Below, piece after piece: positions 29,082 through 38,670 of a stretch of 64,000 bases of DNA (position 1 is its first letter; the number at the start of each line of letters is the position of its first letter). The stretch comes from Candidatus Latescibacterota bacterium (lineage in GTDB: Bacteria; Latescibacterota; UBA2968; GCA-2709665): the NCBI GenBank assembly GCA_965203805.1, contig OZ241917.1, forward strand, positions 3,424,001 through 3,488,000, in the 5' to 3' direction. The position numbers and the translations under genes are program-made. A model generated the notes under the pieces. The model was not told where the DNA came from and made no database searches. It was given only the letters and a program-made list of their open reading frames with translations.

Positions 29082-32000
29082 TCAATGGTACCAAACGTCC
29101 GCTATTCGCCATGTGTCCCCGGGCGCGACGTCGTAGATGTAAAATGGTTGCCCCGAAAACGACGACGCCTCGGCGGAATCGGCGAGCGTGAGCTTTCCCT
29201 TCTCGGCGGTCTTCAATCGAGTCCCGGTCTGTCCGCGGGTATGCGAAATCGTCTTCCCATCGAACAGGTCACGCACCACCTCCAGCTTCAGCATCGGGGT
29301 ATCCGTCAACAGCGTCGCGCCCTCTGCACCGGTAATCCGTCCCTCGCTCAGCAGAAAGTCCAACCTGTCCACGGAGATCCGGTACCGGCCCTCGCCGGCT
29401 TGCGCTATGTCCGTGATCTCGTATGACGAATTGCAGATGTAGTCCGGATGCGCGAGCACGATTGTCTGCCCCGTCAATGAACCGTCCACCGGCAGGGGGG
29501 CGCGGGACGTGACGACGATCCGCCGATCCTCGATCTCCACGGCATCCAGCTCCCCCGCCCATTCTCCCGCACCCTCCATCCCGACGTCTCCGAACCGGAA
29601 CGCCTTTCCATTCACCACCTGCGCCCGCGTGATGGAATCGCCATCCCGCTCCACAAACGCCCAGTCGCCCTCGAATCGATACGGCAGGCCGTCCGCCTCG
29701 CCTGCCACCACCCCGTCCGTTCCGTGTACGATATAGTGGACCCGTTCGCCGATCGCCACCCTCAGGCCCATGTCCTTGCCGCCGGCACGAAGCGCCGCGA
29801 CACTGTCAATATACGGCGTTCCGCAATACGGCTCGAGTACGCCCGTGAACCGGTTCTCCCTTCCTTCCCCGCCCGGTCGTCTCACGATCACGTGCCGGTC
29901 CCAGGGACTGTGGCCCTGAAGACCCGTCCCTTCGGCGAGCCCGGTAATGACCGTCGAACCCGCCCCACCGGTCATGTGGAGCCTGATGCCGGCGCCCGTT
30001 GCTTCCGTCCGCCAGGTTGCGTTGAACCCGCCAGCCGTCCGGACCCTCGCCACGTCCTTCACGAACCCGTACCCGGGCGCCTCACCGAACGGGACGTCCG
30101 CCCCGGCCAGTGTCCCGTCCGCCTGCATGTCCGCGGACCCGCCATCCTCCAGTTCGATTTCGAACCGTTCCGCGTTGTCTCCCGCCCAGCTGTGGAAGGT
30201 GTAATCGTGTTCCGTCCCGCCCGCAATCCGGAATAGATCGACCATATATGCCCGCTCTTCGTCCACCGGGACGAGCGCCACCGCCCTGCGGTACAGGTCC
30301 GCGAGACCGGGGTAGGCCCGCTCGCCCGACGCATCGGCCAGGCGCACCCACGGTCCGTCCGCGAACAGATTCAGACTGCCCGTTGCGAACACCTGGTTCC
30401 GGCCGTCGATCAGCGCGGTGCAGTGACTGGCCGTATGGGTTTCCCATCCGTCCTTTTTAGGCGCCACCCAGCTCGGCGGATATCCCAGGTCGGCGGACAG
30501 ATCGTACCCGTACGCGATCAGATTCACCGCCAGTTTGTCCATATGTCCGTGACCCCGGTTCCCCTTCCCGTAGTTCAGGACCACGTGCCGGCGGCTGGAT
30601 TGTTCATCGCCCGCGCGCAAGATGCAAAATCCCGAATCGTGCAGCACGTCGCTCCCGGGCGATAGATCTTCCGGCGCCCGTGTTTCGCTCCACGGTTCGC
30701 AATGGAACAACAGGTAGAGGTCGCCGCCCTTGCGCGCGGCGTCCGGATCTCCGCCCGTGCCCGAAAGGATACGCCGGGCATAATGGTCGCGCGCCTCGGG
30801 CAGGCGCAGGTAGCCAATCTCGTCTTCCAGCGAATAGGGCGTCCGCAACACGCTGCTCCTTCCACCGCCCGTATCCCCGATCAGCGGGACGCGCCCGTCG
30901 CAGTCCACCGCGCGGGCGAAGTCCATCATCTCCCGCAGCCGGAACCCGGGATCGCGATACAGGTCTACCGGCGACGCAACGTCCTGAAACCCAAGGGTCC
31001 ATTCGGCGGCATTCAGCGCCCCCCGTATATTGCCCGCGCCGTAGCCGATCGAGTCGTACCAGAACTTCCCGTCCCGGAAGAAACTGTTGGACATCACGTT
31101 GTAGAGACCCGTCGGCGCCTCCAGGGCCTGTCTGATCATCGCCCCGTTCTGCAGGCAGGCCCCAACCTCGAGTAACGCGTAGAGCGACGACGTCAGGAAA
31201 TCGCCGCCAGCGAGGGGCAGCGTCCGGTCCAGAAACTCATAGGCATACGCGAACAGGTTCCGGTGGATATTAAATATGATATCTCCTGTTGTCGCCGGTC
31301 CGTTCGCGACGTCTCGCGTCTGGAAGAACCCCACGAGGTCCTCGTCCTCCCGCATCGCCTCGAAGACCAGATCGTACGTCACCGCCACGTTATGCAGGAA
31401 GGACTGCTCCCGCCCCGACGCCTCGCCAACGTACCCCCGGATCGGGTCCTTGCTCCGGTCGTAGGCCTCGTATCCCTCCTTGATGCCCCGCAACCTCCCG
31501 TAAACGTCGGCCAGACGGTTCAACAGGATCCCCGCCTTGTGCGCGTACTTCCGTTCGCCCGTAAATGCGTAGGCCAGGGCCAGCGCCTGCGAGGCCGACC
31601 GCCCCTGGTGGCCCTCCCCGGTCTGCGGGGCATACGGGCTGGAGAACAGACGGTAGAGCAGGTAGCACCGGTACGCCCCCGTGAAATAGTACGTGACGCC
31701 GGCGTTCGGAAACCCCTCGGGGGCCACCCACCCCGGCCCGTCGTCCACCATTTGTACTGGTTCTCCCGTGCCCGGATTGACGATCTCGACGCCCTGGTAC
31801 CACCATTCGTCCCCCAGATTGCACCGCCACTGGTATGGATGCAGAAGATCCGCCTCGAACGTGGACCGGTTGCCGCCGTGAATCGGACACCCGTCGTACT
31901 GGGCCACGGTCAGCGCCATCGGATTCTGCGTGGGCACCATCGCATAGAGCGTCTCATCGGAGAATCCCGCCCAGAAGTCGGCGTCCCTCACGATCTCGTC

Positions 32001-32249
32001 CACCATGTCGCGCGCCCAATCCAGCCGCTCCGCGTTGCGCCGTGCCCGGTTGAGGTCCTCCCGGTTGTAGATCCCTACCAGCCCCTCCCGCTTGCCGGCG
32101 CCGATCACGTCCTTATAGAATCCCGCCGCGCGCGTGTATCGATCCGGTTCGCGGTCCGGCAGCGGGTCCCGCAGATGCAGATCCTCGTAGAGCGCCCGCA
32201 ACGCCGCTTCATCCTCGACGATCTCGCCCTTCACAGGCATCTTGATCAT
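29082..32249 (-). CDS. Heparinase II/III-like polysaccharide lyase family protein
   Basis: ALAYAFTGERKYA, DGKFWYDSIGY, GHGHMDKL, DLGYP, TASHCTALIDG. Confidence 0.85.
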   Translation of the reverse strand: MIKMPVKGEIVEDEAALRALYEDLHLRDPLPDREPDRYTRAAGFYKDVIGAGKREGLVGIYNREDLNRARRNAERLDWARDMVDEIVRDADFWAGFSDETLYAMVPTQNPMALTVAQYDGCPIHGGNRSTFEADLLHPYQWRCNLGDEWWYQGVEIVNPGTGEPVQMVDDGPGWVAPEGFPNAGVTYYFTGAYRCYLLYRLFSSPYAPQTGEGHQGRSASQALALAYAFTGERKYAHKAGILLNRLADVYGRLRGIKEGYEAYDRSKDPIRGYVGEASGREQSFLHNVAVTYDLVFEAMREDEDLVGFFQTRDVANGPATTGDIIFNIHRNLFAYAYEFLDRTLPLAGGDFLTSSLYALLEVGACLQNGAMIRQALEAPTGLYNVMSNSFFRDGKFWYDSIGYGAGNIRGALNAAEWTLGFQDVASPVDLYRDPGFRLREMMDFARAVDCDGRVPLIGDTGGGRSSVLRTPYSLEDEIGYLRLPEARDHYARRILSGTGGDPDAARKGGDLYLLFHCEPWSETRAPEDLSPGSDVLHDSGFCILRAGDEQSSRRHVVLNYGKGNRGHGHMDKLAVNLIAYGYDLSADLGYPPSWVAPKKDGWETHTASHCTALIDGRNQVFATGSLNLFADGPWVRLADASGERAYPGLADLYRRAVALVPVDEERAYMVDLFRIAGGTEHDYTFHSWAGDNAERFEIELEDGGSADMQADGTLAGADVPFGEAPGYGFVKDVARVRTAGGFNATWRTEATGAGIRLHMTGGAGSTVITGLAEGTGLQGHSPWDRHVIVRRPGGEGRENRFTGVLEPYCGTPYIDSVAALRAGGKDMGLRVAIGERVHYIVHGTDGVVAGEADGLPYRFEGDWAFVERDGDSITRAQVVNGKAFRFGDVGMEGAGEWAGELDAVEIEDRRIVVTSRAPLPVDGSLTGQTIVLAHPDYICNSSYEITDIAQAGEGRYRISVDRLDFLLSEGRITGAEGATLLTDTPMLKLEVVRDLFDGKTISHTRGQTGTRLKTAEKGKLTLADSAEASSFSGQPFYIYDVAPGDTWRIADVWYH

Positions 32250-32399
32250 TTTCGCGCCTCCATTACATTAGCGGGGAAACCGACAATCCCGTCAGGATAG
32301 ATTCCTTTGGGTATGCATATCAGGCAGAATGAAAAAACGCTTTAAGATCGAAGAACTTCCAGTTATTTTTCGTACTCCGAGCGGCGCAGTCGAGAGGCA

Positions 32400-33120
32400 G
32401 CCGTCAGCTTGAAGCAAAATCGAAAACCAACAAGACGTAAATCAAATTCAACTTCCACATCTCCCCAAATTCCATAAAGGCGGGGAGACGGGAGAGGTGA
32501 GACGTGAGATGATCACTCGCGGCCACGGGACGACGATATGGCCGGGCGAGACCTCCTCCCTGATGCGCAGACCTCTCCCCCCTGCCTGCCGAAAAACCAC
32601 CGCCAGGCAGGGACCCTCTCCTATAAGGAAAGGGTAACGAACGCCTCGCGATAGGATCCCGCTTTCCCCCTTCCTCACAGGAAGGGGGTAGGTCTCGAAA
32701 GGAGTAGACGTGAGATGAATGCCCTATGGTCTTTCTCGTCGTTACCATATCGGTAAAAAAACAGGCACGGTTAGCGTGAAAACACTGTGGTAACGTTTTC
32801 ATCTACCGTCTACCGTCTTACGTCTCACCGGTTTTAAAATAGTCGCCACTGGGCGTGGGGCCTGCTATATGCATAGCGCGAATACCCTCACAGGATGCAC
32901 GGGATACTCTGGCCTGTCACCCTGCGTAGCACGTCGAGCCGTGTAGCTGGACGGATCAGCGCGCTCTGCTCTGGTAGTCCTCCGGTCAGGAAATACGTTT
33001 GTAGACCGATTGGCGTCTGAATGATGAGGACAGCCCTTAGCTATTTGCCGACAGCTGTCAGCTCGAATCAAAGACGAACCGCCCCCGGCCCCCTCTCCTG
33101 TGAGGAGAGGGGGAGAAAAG
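32400..33120. repeat. Mosaic repeat island (B+E)
   Basis: Matches 28200-28570 and 23066-23260. Confidence 0.88.
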
Positions 33121-33139
33121 TCAGGAGACCCTGTAGTCG

Positions 33140-34216
33140 ATGCATAAACCTTTGAAACTCGCGGTTGTGGGTGTGGGCCGAATCGGCGTGTTCCACGCCA
33201 GGCACGTCCAGGAACTGGGCGAAGCCGGCGGGACCTGCGAACTGGCCGCCGTGGCGGACCGCTACGGAAGCACCGCGGAGACGGTTGCCCGGGAACTCCA
33301 GCGAAACCAGACGGCCGAAATCCGCGCCTTCAAAAGCACCTCCGACCTGACGGACGCAGGTCTGATCGACGCGGCCGTGGTGGCCTCCAGGACCGAGGAC
33401 CACGAAGCGGACGCGCGGACGCTGATTGACGCCGGCCATCGCGTAATGCTGGAGAAACCGCTCGCCCACTCGCTCGATTCCGCCGCCGACTTCGTCAGAT
33501 ATCTGTCGCACGATAATACGAAAAAGCAAGCGCTCATGCAGGCCTTTATGAGGCGCTTCGACGAACCTCTGTGCCATGCGAAAGCCCTGCTGGACGGGAA
33601 TGCGGTCGGCGCGCCGTTCAAGGTCGTTTCCGTCCTCGAAGACCCGCATCCGCCGCCGGTCGGATACAACAGCCCCGGCATCCTGCCGGATATGTCCGTA
33701 CACAACATCGACGAAGCGATCTGGCTTCTGGGATCGCGCCCGGTACGGGCAAGCGCCATGGGCGCCAACCTGCATAACTACAGAATCACGACCGTGAAGG
33801 AAGACTTCGACGACGCGTTCCTGCAGTTGGCGTTTCCCGACGAGGTAATCGCGCAGGTCCAGGTAAGCAGAAACCACGTGGCGGGGTATCGCAACGAAAC
33901 GTGGATCTACGGCCGGAGCGGCCTGATCCACGTGGGCCATTTCCAGGAAGATCCGCTGCAGGTATCGGTGGAAGCGTACAGCCGGGAGGGCGCCGTCGAA
34001 AAGAGGGGCTTCCGGATGAGAGATTACGGCGGGGAAGTCCCCGTGTTCATCGAACGCTTCGGCCCGGCCTACAAGCGGGAACTCGCGCATTTTGTCGACC
34101 GGTGCCTGAAGGACGAACCCTTCCGCGTGACGCAGGAGGCCGGCCTCCAGGCGATGCGTGTGGCCGAAGCGGGAGTCCGGTCGCTGCGGGCAGGCGCGAC
34201 GGCGGTAACGATTTAA
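33140..34216 (+). CDS. Gfo/Idh/MocA oxidoreductase (inositol dehydrogenase-like)
   Basis: GVGRIG, LEKPLA, FMRRFD, DMSVHNID. Confidence 0.92.
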   Translation: MHKPLKLAVVGVGRIGVFHARHVQELGEAGGTCELAAVADRYGSTAETVARELQRNQTAEIRAFKSTSDLTDAGLIDAAVVASRTEDHEADARTLIDAGHRVMLEKPLAHSLDSAADFVRYLSHDNTKKQALMQAFMRRFDEPLCHAKALLDGNAVGAPFKVVSVLEDPHPPPVGYNSPGILPDMSVHNIDEAIWLLGSRPVRASAMGANLHNYRITTVKEDFDDAFLQLAFPDEVIAQVQVSRNHVAGYRNETWIYGRSGLIHVGHFQEDPLQVSVEAYSREGAVEKRGFRMRDYGGEVPVFIERFGPAYKRELAHFVDRCLKDEPFRVTQEAGLQAMRVAEAGVRSLRAGATAVTI

Positions 34217-34240
34217 ACGAAACGCTAATCCGGCGATCCC

Positions 34241-35299
34241 TCACGACAGGGGGAAGTCGACCCGGCAATTCCCGCCGTGGTGCGACTTCAGGATCCCCAT
34301 CATGATCTCCACCGTCTTGCGCGCCTCCCGCGCGGGAGAGACCAGATCGCCGCCTCCCTCCAGAACCCGGATCAGTTCCGCCACCGCCGCGGTCTGGTTT
34401 TCCATCGCGTATTTCCCGGACAAAATGGGCGACGCGGACGACTCGAAATGCGATCTGCCCCGGATCAGGGTTGCGCCCTGGTCTGAAATCTCGATGCGCC
34501 CGTCCTCGCACGTCAGCGCGAATTTCGAACCGGGGAAATCCACCTTGTACGCGTTGTAGAAGGCCCTCACGCCGTTGTCGAACCGGATGTACGCCGACGC
34601 GTACGGATCGACCGCGGGATCTTTCCCGCCGTCCCCCCTGTATTCGGTGAAATGCTCGAAGCCCTCTTCAAGTTCAGCCGCCAGCCACAGTGGATCGGCC
34701 TCGGCAAAGAAGCAGATCATGTCAAGCAGGTGGGTGCCGTTCCGGAACATCATCGCCCGACGGCTGAACTGCTCGCACACAACCGTCCGCAACGGGCCGA
34801 TCTCTCCGCTGCGAATGATGTCACGCGCCTTGAGATAGCTGGAATTCCAGCGCCGGGTGTGTTCGATCGAAAGCAGTACGCCGTTGGCTTCGGCGGCGGC
34901 GATCATCCGGTCCGCGTCTTCCAGCGAGGTGGCGATCGGCTTCTCGCAGAGAATGGCGCGCGCCCCGCTCTCGGCGGCCGCCACGGTCATATCGGCGTGT
35001 ACATGGTCCGACGTGGCCACGCTCACCAGGTCCGGTTTCTCCGCCGCCAGCATTTCCCGGTAGTCCGTGTAGAGCCGCACGCCGGGCCACACGTCTCCCC
35101 ATTGCGCCTTGAAATCGGCCAGCGCTTCCTCCCGCAGGTCGCACACACCCGCCACTTCCGTTTGCGGATGCCGGTCGTAGGCCCCGGCGTGGGAGCCGGG
35201 CATGGCGCCGTACACCGGAATCTGCCCGTCTTCTTCGGGCCGCCTGGCGCCAATGCCGGTCAGTCCGATAATTACCGCACGGTACTCGGGTTTTGACAT
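34241..35299 (-). CDS. Gfo/Idh/MocA oxidoreductase
   Basis: CEKPIA, HTRRW, NGTHLLD. Confidence 0.92.
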   Translation of the reverse strand: MSKPEYRAVIIGLTGIGARRPEEDGQIPVYGAMPGSHAGAYDRHPQTEVAGVCDLREEALADFKAQWGDVWPGVRLYTDYREMLAAEKPDLVSVATSDHVHADMTVAAAESGARAILCEKPIATSLEDADRMIAAAEANGVLLSIEHTRRWNSSYLKARDIIRSGEIGPLRTVVCEQFSRRAMMFRNGTHLLDMICFFAEADPLWLAAELEEGFEHFTEYRGDGGKDPAVDPYASAYIRFDNGVRAFYNAYKVDFPGSKFALTCEDGRIEISDQGATLIRGRSHFESSASPILSGKYAMENQTAAVAELIRVLEGGGDLVSPAREARKTVEIMMGILKSHHGGNCRVDFPLS

Positions 35300-35389
35300 G
35301 GTCGTTCCCTCCCCGGCGCGGCTTCGCGATGCCGGCGACGTTTCCGCGCCAATGTGTTTACCGCGTTGCTGTGTTCAGGACGATCGCCA

Positions 35390-35730
35390 AATCTGTCATC
35401 CTGAGGAACCTGAGGAAGCCGTTTTGAGGGTGGGGCAGACATTCCTGTCTGCCTGCCTCGCGTTGTACGTGCTGCCTGAATACGGGCATTTCGACAAGCT
35501 CAATGACCACGTTTTGGTAGTTTCAATATACGTCATTGAGCCGTGAACGGGATCCCGTTCAATACCCTGATCCGATCCCTGAGCATGCGGTGCCCTGAGC
35601 TTGTCGAAGGGTCGAAGGGCCGGCGAAGGGATTGCGAATGGTTTACGGGCTGCCTGAATGCGGGCATTTCGACAAGCTCAATGACCACGCGTTCGTAGGC
35701 AATCTTGGATTTCGCTCAGAATGACATGTG
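35390..35730. repeat. Palindromic repeat cluster (family F/REP-like)
   Basis: gtggggcagacattcctgtctgcc, ttcgacaagctcaatgacc x2 and ctcagaatgaca shared with the 44.2-45.3 kb array. Confidence 0.8.
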
Positions 35731-35752
35731 TGCCGATCGTCTTCTTCAACAC

Positions 35753-36904
35753 CTACTCCAGTTTCTCAAGCGCTTTTCGCGCGCCCTCGTGTTTTTCGTT
35801 CAATTTCAGAACCTGCCTGTAGGCATCGCGGGCAAGTTTCCGTTCTCCCCGGCGCGCGTATATACGGCCGAGCCTGTAGAGTCCGTTTATGCGTGCAAAC
35901 TTCCATCGCGCCGGCAGTTGGCGAAGATAGGTCGTCAACGATTCCAGTCCCAGGTCAAGTTCCGTCCCGGTCAGGGCGGCAAACCTGCCGATCGCATAGA
36001 GCGCCTGTAGCCGATCTCCCTCGGCCGTGAGCGCACTCTCGAAGGTTTCTGCGCTCGGGTCTGAATCGGACGCCAGCGCTGCAAGAGAATCCATCGCCGC
36101 CTCCAGGCTGCGGCGTGCGGCCTCGAATGCTTTTTCGTTTTCCTTCTCCAGACGGTACAGGTTGCTCAATCGCCGCAGGATCGAACTATTGTCGGGAGAG
36201 GTCTGCAGAAAGGCCTCGTAGACCCGAATCGCGTCCAGGCGCCGTTCATCGCGCAGGTAGAGCGACGCCAGGGAAATGACGGGGCGCACGTCGCCATTCG
36301 CCAATGCGACCGCCGCAAGATAGGCTTTCTCCCGTTTGTCCCGGGCCTTTTCTTTGGCGTGGATGAGCCCCCACGCCAGATGACCTTCCATCGGATTCCG
36401 GGATTCTATTTCCCTGGCCTGCTCAATTGCTTTTTCCTTTTTACCGCCCAGAATCCCCGGCGCGAAAAGGTGGTACTCCAGCAGCTTCCTCCGGCCGTCG
36501 AGGTGATCGGGGTCGAGCAGAACGGCCTTCTCGAACGCCTTGCGCGCGCGGCGGGCCTTGCCGGGCTTCCCGAAGATGTTGGCGCGCTGCGCCCTGGCGC
36601 CGTACATCATTCCCAGCCAGCACTGATAGTCGGCCGTTTCAGGGTCCGCCTTAACGGCTTTCTCGAACCAGTCGAACGCCGCCTCGATGTCCCTCTCCCA
36701 GGTATTGATGCGACCCAGCAGATAGAAGATTTCCGGCCGGCCGGTCCCCTGACGCGCGAGGTGCGTTTTCAGACTGTCTTCGGCATCGGCGTATCGGCCG
36801 TCAATGAACGCCGACAGGCCCGGTCGTATCTCCGCTGACGCTACCTCGAAGGTCGGCGACAGGAACACCAGAATAATTATAAAGATTACCGCCCGCCTTG
36901 CCAA
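35753..36904 (-). CDS. Exported TPR protein
   Basis: TTG start after AAGGAGG; signal peptide; TPR helices; APGILGG motif. Confidence 0.85.
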   Translation of the reverse strand: MARRAVIFIIILVFLSPTFEVASAEIRPGLSAFIDGRYADAEDSLKTHLARQGTGRPEIFYLLGRINTWERDIEAAFDWFEKAVKADPETADYQCWLGMMYGARAQRANIFGKPGKARRARKAFEKAVLLDPDHLDGRRKLLEYHLFAPGILGGKKEKAIEQAREIESRNPMEGHLAWGLIHAKEKARDKREKAYLAAVALANGDVRPVISLASLYLRDERRLDAIRVYEAFLQTSPDNSSILRRLSNLYRLEKENEKAFEAARRSLEAAMDSLAALASDSDPSAETFESALTAEGDRLQALYAIGRFAALTGTELDLGLESLTTYLRQLPARWKFARINGLYRLGRIYARRGERKLARDAYRQVLKLNEKHEGARKALEKLE

Positions 36905-36978
36905 TTCATCCTCCTTTATTTCTTTCTCGTTCCCTCGTTCCCTCGTTCCCTCGTCTTCTCGTTCCCTCGTCTTCTCGC

Positions 36979-38670
36979 CTATTGCCACAGTCCGTGAAAG
37001 TCCGCGTACAGCGCGTGCCGGCGCAGCAGTTCGTCATGGCTGCCGACGTCGACGCCCGAACCGTCCATGACCAGAACCGTACGCGCGCGGCGGGTGGCCG
37101 CCATGCGGTGCGCGACAACGACCAATGTGCAACCCAGCGCCATAAAGGCCCGCTCCGCGCGTTCCTCGGCCGCGGGGTCCAGGTGACAGGTGGCCTCGTC
37201 CAGCACGACAACGGGCGATGCCGCCAGGTGCGCCCGCGCCAGCGTCACAAGTTGCCGCTCCCCCTCGGACAGACCGGACTTCGTCAGGTTGACTTCGGCG
37301 TCCAGGCCGCCCAGCCGGTCCAGTACACGATCCAGCCCCACGGCCGCGGCGGACGCGGCGACTTCCTCGTCGGTCGCGGAGGGCCGCAGGTAAATCAGAT
37401 TTTCTCGTAACGAACCCGCGAAGACATACGACTCCTGCGGTACCATCGAGACGAGCCGCGGGCGGTCCGGACGCAGAAAACAGGGCTGTCCGTCGACCGT
37501 GATCTTGCCGCTGTCGGGGCGAAGCACCCCGGCCAGGAGGGCGGCCAGCGTGGACTTGCCAATGCCGCTGGGTCCCACAATCGCCAGGTGATCGCCGTGT
37601 GCGACGTCCAGAGAAAATCCCCGGACGATGGGCTCGCCCGCGCCGTACGCAAAGGTCAGGTCGCGTACGGCCACAGTCGGTTCTTCGGACGGCGCGGGCG
37701 CGCACGCTTCGCCATCCATCGTCTCCGTCGTCTCTTTCCCGCCGGTTTCCCGCAGGCGGGCGTGGTAAACGCGCAACGTCACCAACCTGGCCAGCCCGTA
37801 CGTGACGAAAGCCGTCGCGGCGGGCAGACCGGCAAGAAGGTAGGTGAATGAACCGACGACCTCTCCCGCGGTCAGTAGCTCGCTGCGGACCAGGTACGGG
37901 ACGAAGCCGAGAGCCGTCAGGGCCGGTAGCGCGGTGGCGACCGCGTTCACCAATCCGAATCCGACCGACTGATGGTCGCGATCCCTGAGCGACGCCCTGA
38001 TGGTATGCTCAATCCGTTTTTCGACACGGTCCATGGCGAAACCCTTCGCGCCCGCCGCCACCAGATCGCGCACCGACTGAAGCGCCCGGGTCGTTTCGCC
38101 ATGCGTATCCTCCTCGGCGAGCATGGCCGCCGTCTCGTTGCGAACTTTGAGGCGCACGACCACGACCTGCATCACGGCGCCGATAACCAGCCAGGGGAGA
38201 ACGAGGGCCAGAAGCGTCCACGACAACGTCGCGAGTCCGATTGCCGAACCGATGGCGAAAAGACCGCTCGGGCCCAGGCGTAAGAAGTGCGCCAGAACGT
38301 CGACGAGTGCCGGCACGTGCTGGGTGAGTTCCGCTCCGGAACGCAGAACCCGGTCTGAATGCACCGCATCTCCAAGTGTATGCCGAACGACGTCGCGGGT
38401 CAGATCGAACTGCACCCGCGACGTCAGTATCGCCGTCCAGTGATAGAGACGCAGCAGCGACCAGACACCCACCGCACCCACGCCCAGAAGCCCGCCGATC
38501 CACGCCAGGGATGCTGTCAGGTCGCCCGCGCGCGCCGCATCCACGGCGCTGGCGATCAAACGACCGGAGAGCGCCGGCGCGAGTGTCACCCCCACGCTGC
38601 ACACGGCGATACGAAACAGGCAACCGCGATGCCTCGACACGTAGCCGTATAGCGGCAGGATGTGCGTCAT
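36979..38670 (-). CDS. ABC exporter (TMD+NBD), RamAB/AmfAB-like subunit 2
   Basis: True start MTHILP at 38670 (ATGA overlap); GPSGIGKST, LSEGERQ, LDEATCHLDPAAEERAERAF. Confidence 0.9.
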   Translation of the reverse strand: MTHILPLYGYVSRHRGCLFRIAVCSVGVTLAPALSGRLIASAVDAARAGDLTASLAWIGGLLGVGAVGVWSLLRLYHWTAILTSRVQFDLTRDVVRHTLGDAVHSDRVLRSGAELTQHVPALVDVLAHFLRLGPSGLFAIGSAIGLATLSWTLLALVLPWLVIGAVMQVVVVRLKVRNETAAMLAEEDTHGETTRALQSVRDLVAAGAKGFAMDRVEKRIEHTIRASLRDRDHQSVGFGLVNAVATALPALTALGFVPYLVRSELLTAGEVVGSFTYLLAGLPAATAFVTYGLARLVTLRVYHARLRETGGKETTETMDGEACAPAPSEEPTVAVRDLTFAYGAGEPIVRGFSLDVAHGDHLAIVGPSGIGKSTLAALLAGVLRPDSGKITVDGQPCFLRPDRPRLVSMVPQESYVFAGSLRENLIYLRPSATDEEVAASAAAVGLDRVLDRLGGLDAEVNLTKSGLSEGERQLVTLARAHLAASPVVVLDEATCHLDPAAEERAERAFMALGCTLVVVAHRMAATRRARTVLVMDGSGVDVGSHDELLRRHALYADFHGLWQ

